Of a stretch of DNA of 64,000 nucleotides, positions 30,947-38,545 are shown one piece after another. The stretch's first letter is position 1, and each line of letters begins with the position of its first letter. The stretch comes from an uncultured Candidatus Saccharibacteria bacterium (GTDB lineage: Bacteria > Patescibacteriota > Minisyncoccia > Phycocordibacterales > UBA1006): NCBI GenBank assembly GCA_964592365.1, contig CAZQDL010000001.1:13198-77197 (forward strand). The letters run 5' to 3'. The notes below the pieces were generated by a model. The model saw only the letters and a list, made by a program, of their open reading frames with translations. It searched no databases and had not been told where the DNA came from. A program made the position numbers and the translations under genes.

Positions 30947-31017
30947 TGCGGGTGGAGAGAATCGAACTCTCGTCCTCTGCTTGGAAGGCAGATATTCTAC
31001 CACTAAACTACACCCGC
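30947..31017 (-). tRNA. tRNA-Gly (anticodon TCC)
   Basis: Manual cloverleaf of the reverse complement, GCGGGTG...CACCCGC-A. T-arm GAGAG-TTCGATT-CTCTC. Anticodon loop CTTCCAA. No CCA is encoded. Confidence 0.8.
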
Positions 31018-31202
31018 ATATTCACATGCCACAAAGTGACATAAAAAGCATATTATCATAGGAACTGTTTTATGCAAACAAAATAACCATCAAAGATGGT
31101 TATTTTGCAGGATGTTCATGGCTAAAAAATTACCTATGTAACCCGCCACTCACAAATATAATATACATGAATTATTTTTTTTGTCAATTATTTAAATCCT
31201 GG

Positions 31203-31231
31203 TTGTTATCAATAGATCTTTGTGCTAATAT
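31203..31231 (+). promoter_or_regulatory. Candidate sigma70-type promoter for tRNA-Pro
   Basis: TTGTTA-17nt-TAATAT, ending 10 nt before the tRNA 5' end. Confidence 0.4.
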
Positions 31232-31241
31232 CTTGCGTATT

Positions 31242-31314
31242 CGGGGTGTGGTGTAACGGCTAACATGCTTGTTTTGGGTACAAGTGACTCCGGGTTCGAA
31301 TCCCGGCTCCCCGA
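31242..31314 (+). tRNA. tRNA-Pro (anticodon TGG)
   Basis: Acceptor stem CGGGGTG/CTCCCCG with a C1-G72 pair. Anticodon loop TTTGGGT with G37. T-arm CCGGG-TTCGAAT-CCCGG. Confidence 0.8.
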
Positions 31315-31331
31315 CAACATTATTATTTTAC

Positions 31332-31462
31332 TTGTTTCACATGAAACAAAATAAATATACTCAGTTTGTTTCACATGAAACAAGGTAAACATAGCCATAT
31401 TGTTTCATATGAAACAATAAAAAGTTATATATACCAACAAAAGGTTTCATATGAAACCTTTT
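31332..31462. repeat. Array of four palindromic sites with core GTTTCA-YA-TGAAAC
   Basis: 31332-31349 and 31366-31383 are the identical 18-mer ttgtttcacatgaaacaa. 31398-31419 is a perfect 22-nt palindrome, tattgtttcatatgaaacaata. 31439-31462 is a perfect 24-nt palindrome, aaaaggtttcatatgaaacctttt. Centre-to-centre spacing is 34, 34 and 42 bp. The last site plus its T-run also looks like a terminator. Confidence 0.85.
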
Positions 31463-31485
31463 TATTAAATAATTATTAAGGACAT
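31459..31485. repeat. 27-nt sequence tttttattaaataattattaaggacat, identical to 36878-36904
   Basis: Exact match between the two loci. Here it is followed by the imperfect inverted copy atgtcctt 17 nt later. Confidence 0.85.
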
Positions 31486-31620
31486 TTTAAAAGACAAATG
31501 CATGTCCTTTATTCCCACAATCCACTGAGTTATCCACAATTGTCCAATAGAAGACCTGTGTCCTATGGAAAAGCTTGATTAATTAATAAAAGTATTTACA
31601 ATCAAATCGTTGGTTCAAAT

Positions 31621-31692
31621 CCACCTGTGGTGAAATGGATATCACAACGGTCTTCGGAACCGTTATTCCAGGTTCGAGTCCTGGCGGGTGGA
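31621..31692 (+). tRNA. tRNA-Arg (anticodon TCG)
   Basis: Acceptor stem CCACCTG/CGGGTGG. D-arm GTGA-AATGGATA-TCAC. Anticodon arm ACGGT-CTTCGGA-ACCGT. T-arm CCAGG-TTCGAGT-CCTGG. Confidence 0.7.
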
Positions 31693-31723
31693 CATATATA
31701 TAAAAGACCTTTTGCAAGGTCTT

Positions 31724-33478
31724 TTATGCTAGGTACTTTCTGATGTCCTCCTTTGTTAGCCCAATCTTCTTTCCAGGATTGAATATATTATTAGGATCAA
31801 AGATATTCTTTATTTCTTTGAAAACTAACATCATTTCCTCTCCAAACATTTGTGGAAGAAAAGGGGTTCTTACAATACCATCATTATGCTCTGCAGTAAT
31901 GGAACCGCCGAGGCTTAGAGCCAAATCGTATACTTTCTCTGAAATTTCCACAATTTTATCCTTGTTTTCCTCTTTATTCATATCAACCAATGGAATTATG
32001 TGAAAATTACCATTTCCAAGGTGACCAGCAATGGTATACATGAATTCATCCTTATATTCATCTAATATTTGAACTAGTTTAGGAATATACTCAGGAAGAT
32101 ACTTAGGGTCCACAGCTATGTCGTCGATAAATGGGGCAGTACGTGTCCCTTGTCCCGTTTTTCTTGTCTTTAGTGAATGTTCAGTTAATAGTTTAAAGCT
32201 ATCATGTCTGAAATCCCAGTATTTTTGTGCATTTTTCTCGCCTTTTACGATAAATGACTTAAGCCCAGGTATTTCTCGTTTAAGATCATTAAGTTCGGCT
32301 TTTACTTCTTTTTCCAAAGTAAATCCGCTTGAATCAACACTTTCAGCAAGAACGACAAACTTTGGAACTCCTCCAGTAAGAGCCATCCAGAATTCTGGCA
32401 AAAATCTTATACTATATTTCATTGCTGAGAAGAAACCCTTGTCCTTTATAAAGTCCTTAAAGAATTTAATCCCTATTTTGAAGGTATTATCATCATAGAG
32501 CTCAATAGTTTCTAAATCATACTTGTTCAAAACAGTAACAATTTGAGGTAATTGTTGAATATCATCAACAAACATAACGATAAGTGCCTCTTTTTCCTCC
32601 TGTTTCACAAGCTTATACTCTATTTTCGTAATAATTCCAGTTGTTCCCTGCGATCCAACAAATAACTTTGTTAAATCAAAGTATCCATTACCAGCCTCAA
32701 AGGATTCAATAGAATCAGCTGATATTACATCCCAAATCAGGTATCCAGCAGCATTTTTAGCTGTTTTTGGCCTTTTTTCTTGAATAATTTCCCAGTTTTC
32801 CTTTATCAAAGCATATGTTTCACGTGATACCTTTCCAAATTCGCTGTCTTCAAGCATTATTTCCTCTAATTGCGAGAAATTAACTTGTTTCACGTGATAC
32901 ATATTCCCATCTGAAAGAATTACCTCAAGTGAATGTACAAAATCCCTGTTCTGACCATATTTTAGAGACTTTTCACCCGCACCATTATTAGCAACCATAC
33001 CTCCAATAGCGCAGAGCTTTCTTGATGCTGGAAATACTGGCATTATCAAATTATGTTTCACAGTTTCACGTTCAAAATCTATATATGAAATTCCAGGCTG
33101 TGAAACGGCTAGTCCTTCTATTTTGTATGGAAACCCCTTATGATGTTCCTGTGTTCCATAATCTCCTTTTGTAATTTCGTAGAAATTGTTTAAGTATCTA
33201 GTAATATCCAAAATAATCGAGTCATTCAATGAACCTCCTGTCATTCCTGAACCAGCAGCTCTTGGTGTTAAGCTAAAATTTGAGCCCTTACTGTTTTCTT
33301 GATTAACAAAAAGAACGAGTTTTTTGATATCTTCCTCATTCTTTGGATACACAACCATCTGAGGTGTAATTTTGAATAACGACCAATCGGTTGAATGGCT
33401 TTCTAAATCATCTTTATTTGTTGTAACATCACCTTCTAATATATTAGAGAGATGAATTTCTGCTTCTTGATATGTCAT
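31724..33478 (-). CDS. FAD-linked oxidase (FAD_binding_4 / GlcD-D-lactate dehydrogenase-like)
   Basis: N-terminal FAD-binding region with GGMVANNGAGEKSLKYG and a C-terminal oxidase domain. Confidence 0.7.
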   Translation of the reverse strand: MTYQEAEIHLSNILEGDVTTNKDDLESHSTDWSLFKITPQMVVYPKNEEDIKKLVLFVNQENSKGSNFSLTPRAAGSGMTGGSLNDSIILDITRYLNNFYEITKGDYGTQEHHKGFPYKIEGLAVSQPGISYIDFERETVKHNLIMPVFPASRKLCAIGGMVANNGAGEKSLKYGQNRDFVHSLEVILSDGNMYHVKQVNFSQLEEIMLEDSEFGKVSRETYALIKENWEIIQEKRPKTAKNAAGYLIWDVISADSIESFEAGNGYFDLTKLFVGSQGTTGIITKIEYKLVKQEEKEALIVMFVDDIQQLPQIVTVLNKYDLETIELYDDNTFKIGIKFFKDFIKDKGFFSAMKYSIRFLPEFWMALTGGVPKFVVLAESVDSSGFTLEKEVKAELNDLKREIPGLKSFIVKGEKNAQKYWDFRHDSFKLLTEHSLKTRKTGQGTRTAPFIDDIAVDPKYLPEYIPKLVQILDEYKDEFMYTIAGHLGNGNFHIIPLVDMNKEENKDKIVEISEKVYDLALSLGGSITAEHNDGIVRTPFLPQMFGEEMMLVFKEIKNIFDPNNIFNPGKKIGLTKEDIRKYLA

Positions 33479-33538
33479 GTGTATAGTATATCACCTTAAG
33501 CATTTGTATTTTGTTTTTCAGCAAGTACACTTAATAGT

Positions 33539-35020
33539 ATGCATAAGGTACCTCAAGAAGTTCTTTGGACTATTCAACAACTACATACCAATGGTTACGA
33601 AGCATATCTTGTAGGAGGATCAGTTAGAGATATTTTCTTAGGTAGAAATGTAAAGGACTGGGATATAACCACAAATGCAGTTCCCGACCAAATTATTGAA
33701 GTATTTGAAAAAACTGATCGTAGAGTGGTTTATGAGAATAATTTTGGTACGGTTGGGATAGTTAATAAAGATTTGGATTTCAGCAGTTCTGAGTATGAAA
33801 TTGAAATAACGCCCTATAGGACTGAAGGGAAGTATTCTGATCACAGAAGACCTGATCAGGTAGAGTTTGCAGAGACAATTGAGGAAGACTTGTCGCGAAG
33901 AGACTTCACCATTAATGCAATGGCATATGATCCTATCAAAGACCTACTTATCGATATATACGGAGGAAGAGATGATCTTCAAAAAGGGGTAATTGCAACA
34001 GTTGGCGACGCACAGGAGCGATTCAGTGAGGATGCTTTGAGGATATTACGTGCACTTAGATTTTCTGCGCAACTAGGATTCTCTTTAACAGAAGAAACTA
34101 TTTTAGGAATAAAAAAGCAGGTACAGACACTTTCACATGTTTCAGCTGAAAGGAAACGTGATGAACTATTGAAAATATTTGATGCACCTCATGCAAAAGA
34201 TGCTTTTGTTGCTATGCAGAAATTTGGAATTCTTAAGGACTTAATTCCAGAGCTTGAAGAGGGGGTTGCCTGTCACCAAGGTGGTATTCATAAATTTGAC
34301 GTATGGACACACCTTCTTAAGTCTCTTGAGCATGCAACTGAAAGAAATTATTCTCTTCAAGTAAAAATTGCTGCTTTGTTTCACGATATAGGAAAACCAA
34401 GAACAAGAAGAAAAGCAAACGGTCGAGGAACAAAAGAGTGGACATTCTATGGTCATGAGGTTGTTGGTGCTAAAATTTCAAGGGATATAATGCAACGACT
34501 TAAGTTTCCTAAGACAATTTCTGATCCGGTTGAAAAACTTGTCCGATATCACATGTTTTTTTCTGATCCGGACAGTATTACTCTTTCTGCGGTAAGGAGA
34601 ATGGTAGCTAATGTTGGAGTTGAATTAATTTGGGAACTTATGAACCTTCGTATCTGTGATCGTATTGGTACAGGACGGCCCACAGAAAAACCATACAGGC
34701 TTAGGAAATATCACGCGATGATTGAGGAGGTTCTCAGGGACCCAATATCGGTTTCAATGCTTAAGATTAACGGAGATATTATGATTAAAGAGCTAAACAT
34801 GAAACCTGGAAAGAGAATGGGTTGGATACTCCATGCCTTACTTGAAGATGTTCTTGATGATCCAACTAAGAACAATCGTGAATATCTTGAAAAGAAGATT
34901 GGGGAACTTGAAATGCTTAGCGACATTGAACTTCAACAAAAAGGTGAAGCGGGGAAGGAGAAGAAGGATGATGAAGAACATAGAGAAATAAAGAAACTTC
35001 ATAAAAAGCATAATGTTTAA
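33539..35020 (+). CDS. cca: CCA-adding tRNA nucleotidyltransferase with HD domain
   Basis: PolyA-polymerase head motif GGSVRDIFLGRNVKDWDITT (GGxVRD..D.D) and the HD motif FHDIGKP. Confidence 0.8.
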   Translation: MHKVPQEVLWTIQQLHTNGYEAYLVGGSVRDIFLGRNVKDWDITTNAVPDQIIEVFEKTDRRVVYENNFGTVGIVNKDLDFSSSEYEIEITPYRTEGKYSDHRRPDQVEFAETIEEDLSRRDFTINAMAYDPIKDLLIDIYGGRDDLQKGVIATVGDAQERFSEDALRILRALRFSAQLGFSLTEETILGIKKQVQTLSHVSAERKRDELLKIFDAPHAKDAFVAMQKFGILKDLIPELEEGVACHQGGIHKFDVWTHLLKSLEHATERNYSLQVKIAALFHDIGKPRTRRKANGRGTKEWTFYGHEVVGAKISRDIMQRLKFPKTISDPVEKLVRYHMFFSDPDSITLSAVRRMVANVGVELIWELMNLRICDRIGTGRPTEKPYRLRKYHAMIEEVLRDPISVSMLKINGDIMIKELNMKPGKRMGWILHALLEDVLDDPTKNNREYLEKKIGELEMLSDIELQQKGEAGKEKKDDEEHREIKKLHKKHNV

Positions 35021-35046
35021 AAACACCATATTCTATGGTGTTTTTT
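35021..35046 (+). terminator. Intrinsic terminator after cca
   Basis: aaacaccata-ttc-tatggtgtttttt. Confidence 0.65.
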
Positions 35047-35102
35047 CTTGCATCAGATTCCTCTATATATATACTTTAAGAGAACTTTAAAAATAAATAG
35101 CC

Positions 35103-35540
35103 ATGATACTGAAAAAATTAATCTATAAATTTTTAAAATATTTTTTCGCATTGAAAACAATATTTAGCATCTATATTGGATATCTGAAAATGTTTAAGGA
35201 AAATGATACAGAATTGATTAACAACTACCCTTGGTTCGTAATCATCACTGATATTCTTTTCTTTGTAATGTATATTATTCTTGTATTCAAATTAGGATAT
35301 TACTCTTCTGCCGTAAAAGTTGAAGAATGGATGTTTGATGAGTGGGTAGACAAAAAAATTCCTTCACCTCTTACTATCTCTATAACTTATATTGCTCTTA
35401 TGTACTTATGTTATCTTTTCGGAGACTGCATCACATGGTCATATATTATTGGAACCATCATATTCACTACAGCGTGGTTTCAATCGCCACACATACGAAA
35501 TGTATTCAAACGGGAATACAGGAATATGATGAATGCATAA
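35103..35540 (+). CDS. Hypothetical polytopic membrane protein
   Basis: Four predicted hydrophobic helices. No known motif. Confidence 0.35.
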   Translation: MILKKLIYKFLKYFFALKTIFSIYIGYLKMFKENDTELINNYPWFVIITDILFFVMYIILVFKLGYYSSAVKVEEWMFDEWVDKKIPSPLTISITYIALMYLCYLFGDCITWSYIIGTIIFTTAWFQSPHIRNVFKREYRNMMNA

Positions 35541-35563
35541 CCAACGATGAACGTCGTTGGTTT

Positions 35564-36415
35564 TTATATTACCAAACCTATAGGACAATGATCGGAACCA
35601 TAGACCTGATCATATATTTCTGCTCCTTTAATTTTGTCCTTAAGAATTTTTGATACAAGAAAATAATCGATTCTCCAACCTACATTTCTTTCTCGGGCAA
35701 AAGCTCGATATGACCACCAAGAATATTTTTCTTCATCTGGATTTAAATATCTAAAAGTGTCGATAAATCCTGCATTGATAAAATCAGAAAATCTTTCACG
35801 TTCTTGATCAGTGAATCCAGCGACTCCTGGTTTTGTTTTAGTAGTCATGTTGGCTTGATGATTTTTTAAATCAATTTCAGAATGAGCAACATTAAAATCT
35901 CCACACACAATCACCGGTTTTTTCTTTTCAATTTTTTGAAGATGTTCTAAGAACTTAATATCCCATTGTTCATATCGAAGCATCAAACGTGATAAATCAT
36001 TTTTACTATTCGGGGTATAAACAGTTACAAGATAGTGTTCCTCAAACTCAAGAGTAATCACTCTTCCTTCATTATCAAGTTCATGTCCAATACCATAACT
36101 AACTGAGATGGGTTCAACTTTTGAAAAAATGGCAGTCCCTGAATATCCTTTTTTTTGAGCACTGTTCCAATACTCAAATGGATAGTCTGAAAATGTTTGC
36201 GGTGAGAAAGGATCAGCATTCTCTTTTTTTGAAATAGAAAGTTCTTCTGTTTTTTGTGCATCTATTTTTGTTTCTTGCAGACAGAAAACATCAGGGGACT
36301 CTTTGGTAATAAATTCTAATACACCCTCCTTGTCTTTCCATGCTCGAATACCATTAACATTCCAAGAAATATATTTCATAAAATGAGTATATCGCTGAAA
36401 TACAATATTTGACAA
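35564..36415 (-). CDS. xthA: Exodeoxyribonuclease III
   Basis: WNVNG, LQETK, and the C-terminal SDHCP motif of the Exo III/APE family. Confidence 0.85.
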   Translation of the reverse strand: MSNIVFQRYTHFMKYISWNVNGIRAWKDKEGVLEFITKESPDVFCLQETKIDAQKTEELSISKKENADPFSPQTFSDYPFEYWNSAQKKGYSGTAIFSKVEPISVSYGIGHELDNEGRVITLEFEEHYLVTVYTPNSKNDLSRLMLRYEQWDIKFLEHLQKIEKKKPVIVCGDFNVAHSEIDLKNHQANMTTKTKPGVAGFTDQERERFSDFINAGFIDTFRYLNPDEEKYSWWSYRAFARERNVGWRIDYFLVSKILKDKIKGAEIYDQVYGSDHCPIGLVI

Positions 36416-36472
36416 GTCAATTTTAAATTAGTAGTATTTTATTAAACACAAACAATTAAAAATTTACAACTT

Positions 36473-36838
36473 ATGGAAATTATTGAAAAGTATTCGAAAA
36501 AAGATCTTTTAATCTTCAAAGAAATTATTTTAAAAAAGTTAGAAACTGCAGAAAATGATTTAAAATTCTACAGTGGCATTAATCAAAATAATGGTACCGA
36601 CGATACGTCACCATCTTCCAAATCCTTTGATGAAAGTTCAAATGCAACGAGTAAAGAAATGAACATGCAATTGGCAACAAGGCAAGAAAAATTAATTAGA
36701 GATTTGAAAAATGCTCTCACAAGAATTGAAAACAATACTTACGGCATATGTCGCGGTACAGGAAAAAAAATCCCTAAGGAAAGACTTCTTTTGGTACCAC
36801 ACGCTACTATGTCTATAGAAGCAAAAAAAGTTTCATAA
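36473..36838 (+). CDS. DksA/TraR-like protein lacking the complete Cys4 zinc finger
   Basis: The TYGICRGTGKKIPKERLL C-terminal region aligns with the DksA finger but has a single Cys. Confidence 0.45.
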   Translation: MEIIEKYSKKDLLIFKEIILKKLETAENDLKFYSGINQNNGTDDTSPSSKSFDESSNATSKEMNMQLATRQEKLIRDLKNALTRIENNTYGICRGTGKKIPKERLLLVPHATMSIEAKKVS

Positions 36839-36847
36839 AATTTTATT

Positions 36848-36882
36848 TAAAAAAACGCATGTCCTTAATTACATGCGTTTTT
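36848..36882. terminator. Bidirectional terminator (dksA-like / recombinase)
   Basis: aaaaacgcatg-tccttaatta-catgcgtttttt. Confidence 0.6.
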
Positions 36883-36939
36883 TATTAAATAATTATTAAG
36901 GACATGTGTCCTTTAGAAATGTCCTTAATAATTATTTAA
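36883..36939. repeat. Perfect 22-bp inverted repeat with a 13-bp spacer (candidate recombination site)
   Basis: attaaataattattaaggacat-gtgtcctttagaa-atgtccttaataattatttaat. It contains the nested palindrome aaggacatgtgtcctt and lies 18 bp downstream of the recombinase stop. Confidence 0.85.
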
Positions 36940-36957
36940 TGTTTCTCTGTTTCATAT

Positions 36958-37872
36958 TTACCCTTTCTTATGAAACTTCTTATGAACATCTCTCAGTTGA
37001 CGGTCAGTTATGTGTGTATATATCTGTGTTGTGGCAATGTTACTGTGCCCCAGCATAATTTGAACACTTCGTATGTCTGCACCGTTTCTCAGTAAATCAG
37101 TTGCGAAGCTATGTCTAATAGTGTGTGGCGTAACTCTTTTTGAGATCCCAGCCTTAATGGCAATCTGTTTCACAATTCGTTCCACAGAACGTGGAGTTAA
37201 TCTAATTGACTCTTGGTTCTCAAGACGTTTCACGAGACCTGGGCCTTCTTGAATAAATAGAGCCTCATCAACATCTGCTCTTGAAGCCATGTATTTCTTC
37301 AGTGAAACACGTGCCTCTTCAGACAAAAAGACAATTCTAATTTTTTCTCCTTTTCCTCTAATGCTGAATTCATCCTTGGATAAATCAAGATCCCTATTTA
37401 AAGAACAGAGTTCAGAAATTCGAAGACCAGTTGAAAAGAGAAGATTAATGATTGCATGATCACGTAGATGACTACTTGATACTTCAATCATACGTAATAG
37501 TTCATTTCCATCTAAATGATCAATATGCCTCTCTCCTACTTTTGCCAGTTCAATTTTGTCAGGACTATACGAAGAAATATTTTGCTGCATTAAATATTTT
37601 AGAAATACTCGAAGAGCAATGAGGTGATAATTTTGGGTTCTTTTCTTTAGCGTAGTTGCTGCCTGACCTTTTTGTTTTATTCCTGGTTGACGGTTCAAGT
37701 GTAATCTAAACTCTCGAATACATTCTGAGTTAATTTCACTTGTTGTTGAAATCTTACTAAAGTTAATAAATCGTTTGATATACCTTTTATAATTTACGAC
37801 AGTCTTAAGACTTCTTCCTTTTTCAATTTCGATGTACTCAAGAAAGCGAGTAAGTGCATCATTAATGTTCAT
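36958..37872 (-). CDS. Tyrosine site-specific recombinase, XerC/XerD-like
   Basis: The C-terminal catalytic region HTIRHSFATDLLRNGADIRSVQIMLGHSNIATTQIYTHI provides the R..HxxR..Y tetrad. Total length is 304 aa. Confidence 0.8.
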   Translation of the reverse strand: MNINDALTRFLEYIEIEKGRSLKTVVNYKRYIKRFINFSKISTTSEINSECIREFRLHLNRQPGIKQKGQAATTLKKRTQNYHLIALRVFLKYLMQQNISSYSPDKIELAKVGERHIDHLDGNELLRMIEVSSSHLRDHAIINLLFSTGLRISELCSLNRDLDLSKDEFSIRGKGEKIRIVFLSEEARVSLKKYMASRADVDEALFIQEGPGLVKRLENQESIRLTPRSVERIVKQIAIKAGISKRVTPHTIRHSFATDLLRNGADIRSVQIMLGHSNIATTQIYTHITDRQLRDVHKKFHKKG

Positions 37873-37924
37873 GTATATAGTATAGCAAACAATGTCGTAA
37901 AATTTTTTAGATTAGGTAAAAAAT

Positions 37925-37953
37925 AAAAAGCAGGGAACTGCTTTTTATTTTTT
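37925..37953 (-). terminator. Terminator downstream of ppa
   Basis: aaaagcag-ggaa-ctgctttt followed by a T-run. Confidence 0.5.
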
Positions 37954-38481
37954 AAATTTCTGATCATACAATTGAATTGATTTTTTTACCGCTTCAATTG
38001 CATCTTCCTTTCCTTTGATTCCTCTGATTTCTACAATCACTTCTTTTCCTTTGAGTTCTTTGTAGGTTTCAAAAAAATGTTTCCATTCTTTTACATTGTG
38101 CTGATTAAGATCTTTAAGATCTTGAACATCATCCCATCGCTTGTCATCAACAGGAACCGCGATCACTTTGTAATCTGATTCACCGTCATCAATCATTTCC
38201 ATAATTGCCACTGGTCTTACACGAACAAGAATTCCAGTTGCAAGAGGGAAGGTTGAGGGAACAATAATATCAAGAGCATCACCATCATCCCATAATGTCT
38301 GTGGAACAAATCCATAATCAAAAGGATATGGTGCTGAACTATAGTTTGCTCTATCAAGAGCAATCAATCCTGTCTCCTTATCAATCTCGTATTTGTTTGG
38401 AGATCCTTTTGGAATCTCAATAATACAATTCAACTCGTTTGGAATATTTTCTCCCCGAGGAATATCATGCCATAAATTCAT
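37945..38481 (-). CDS. ppa: Inorganic pyrophosphatase (family I)
   Basis: IPKGSPNKYEID, DGDALD and the signature Asp cluster. The start is placed at MNLWHDIP. Confidence 0.85.
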   Translation of the reverse strand: MNLWHDIPRGENIPNELNCIIEIPKGSPNKYEIDKETGLIALDRANYSSAPYPFDYGFVPQTLWDDGDALDIIVPSTFPLATGILVRVRPVAIMEMIDDGESDYKVIAVPVDDKRWDDVQDLKDLNQHNVKEWKHFFETYKELKGKEVIVEIRGIKGKEDAIEAVKKSIQLYDQKFKK

Positions 38482-38545
38482 ATGCTTCTTAGTATAGGGA
38501 AAGTAGCAAAAAAATCTAGGGTAAACTTTATGGATTAATGCGCTG

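Noticed and set aside
31332-31462. Possible CRISPR array (repeated units with short spacers)
   Set aside because: The units are self-palindromic 18-24-mers that vary in length. Spacers are only ~10-18 nt and irregular. There are four copies and no cas genes nearby.
31530-31538. Perfect DnaA box TTATCCACA as a second origin
   Set aside because: It is a single isolated box far from dnaA. The box cluster and AT-rich tract next to dnaA-dnaN are a far better oriC candidate.
31601-31621. T-loop-like sequence GGTTCAAATCC immediately upstream of tRNA-Arg, as a possible tRNA remnant or extra tRNA
   Set aside because: No flanking sequence can form the T-stem or an acceptor stem. It overlaps the 5' end of the tRNA-Arg cloverleaf that folds well.
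36883-36939. Chromosomal dif site
   Set aside because: The arms are 22 bp with a 13-bp spacer rather than 11-6-11. The site is about 17 kb from the origin rather than at a terminus. It is kept only as a candidate recombinase site.
31459-37872. Integrated mobile element bounded by 27-nt direct repeats, with integrase and a tRNA
   Set aside because: The recombinase lies outside the repeat-bounded segment. The cargo is core housekeeping (cca, xthA, FAD oxidase). There are no phage or plasmid genes. Evidence is insufficient for a mobile_element call.
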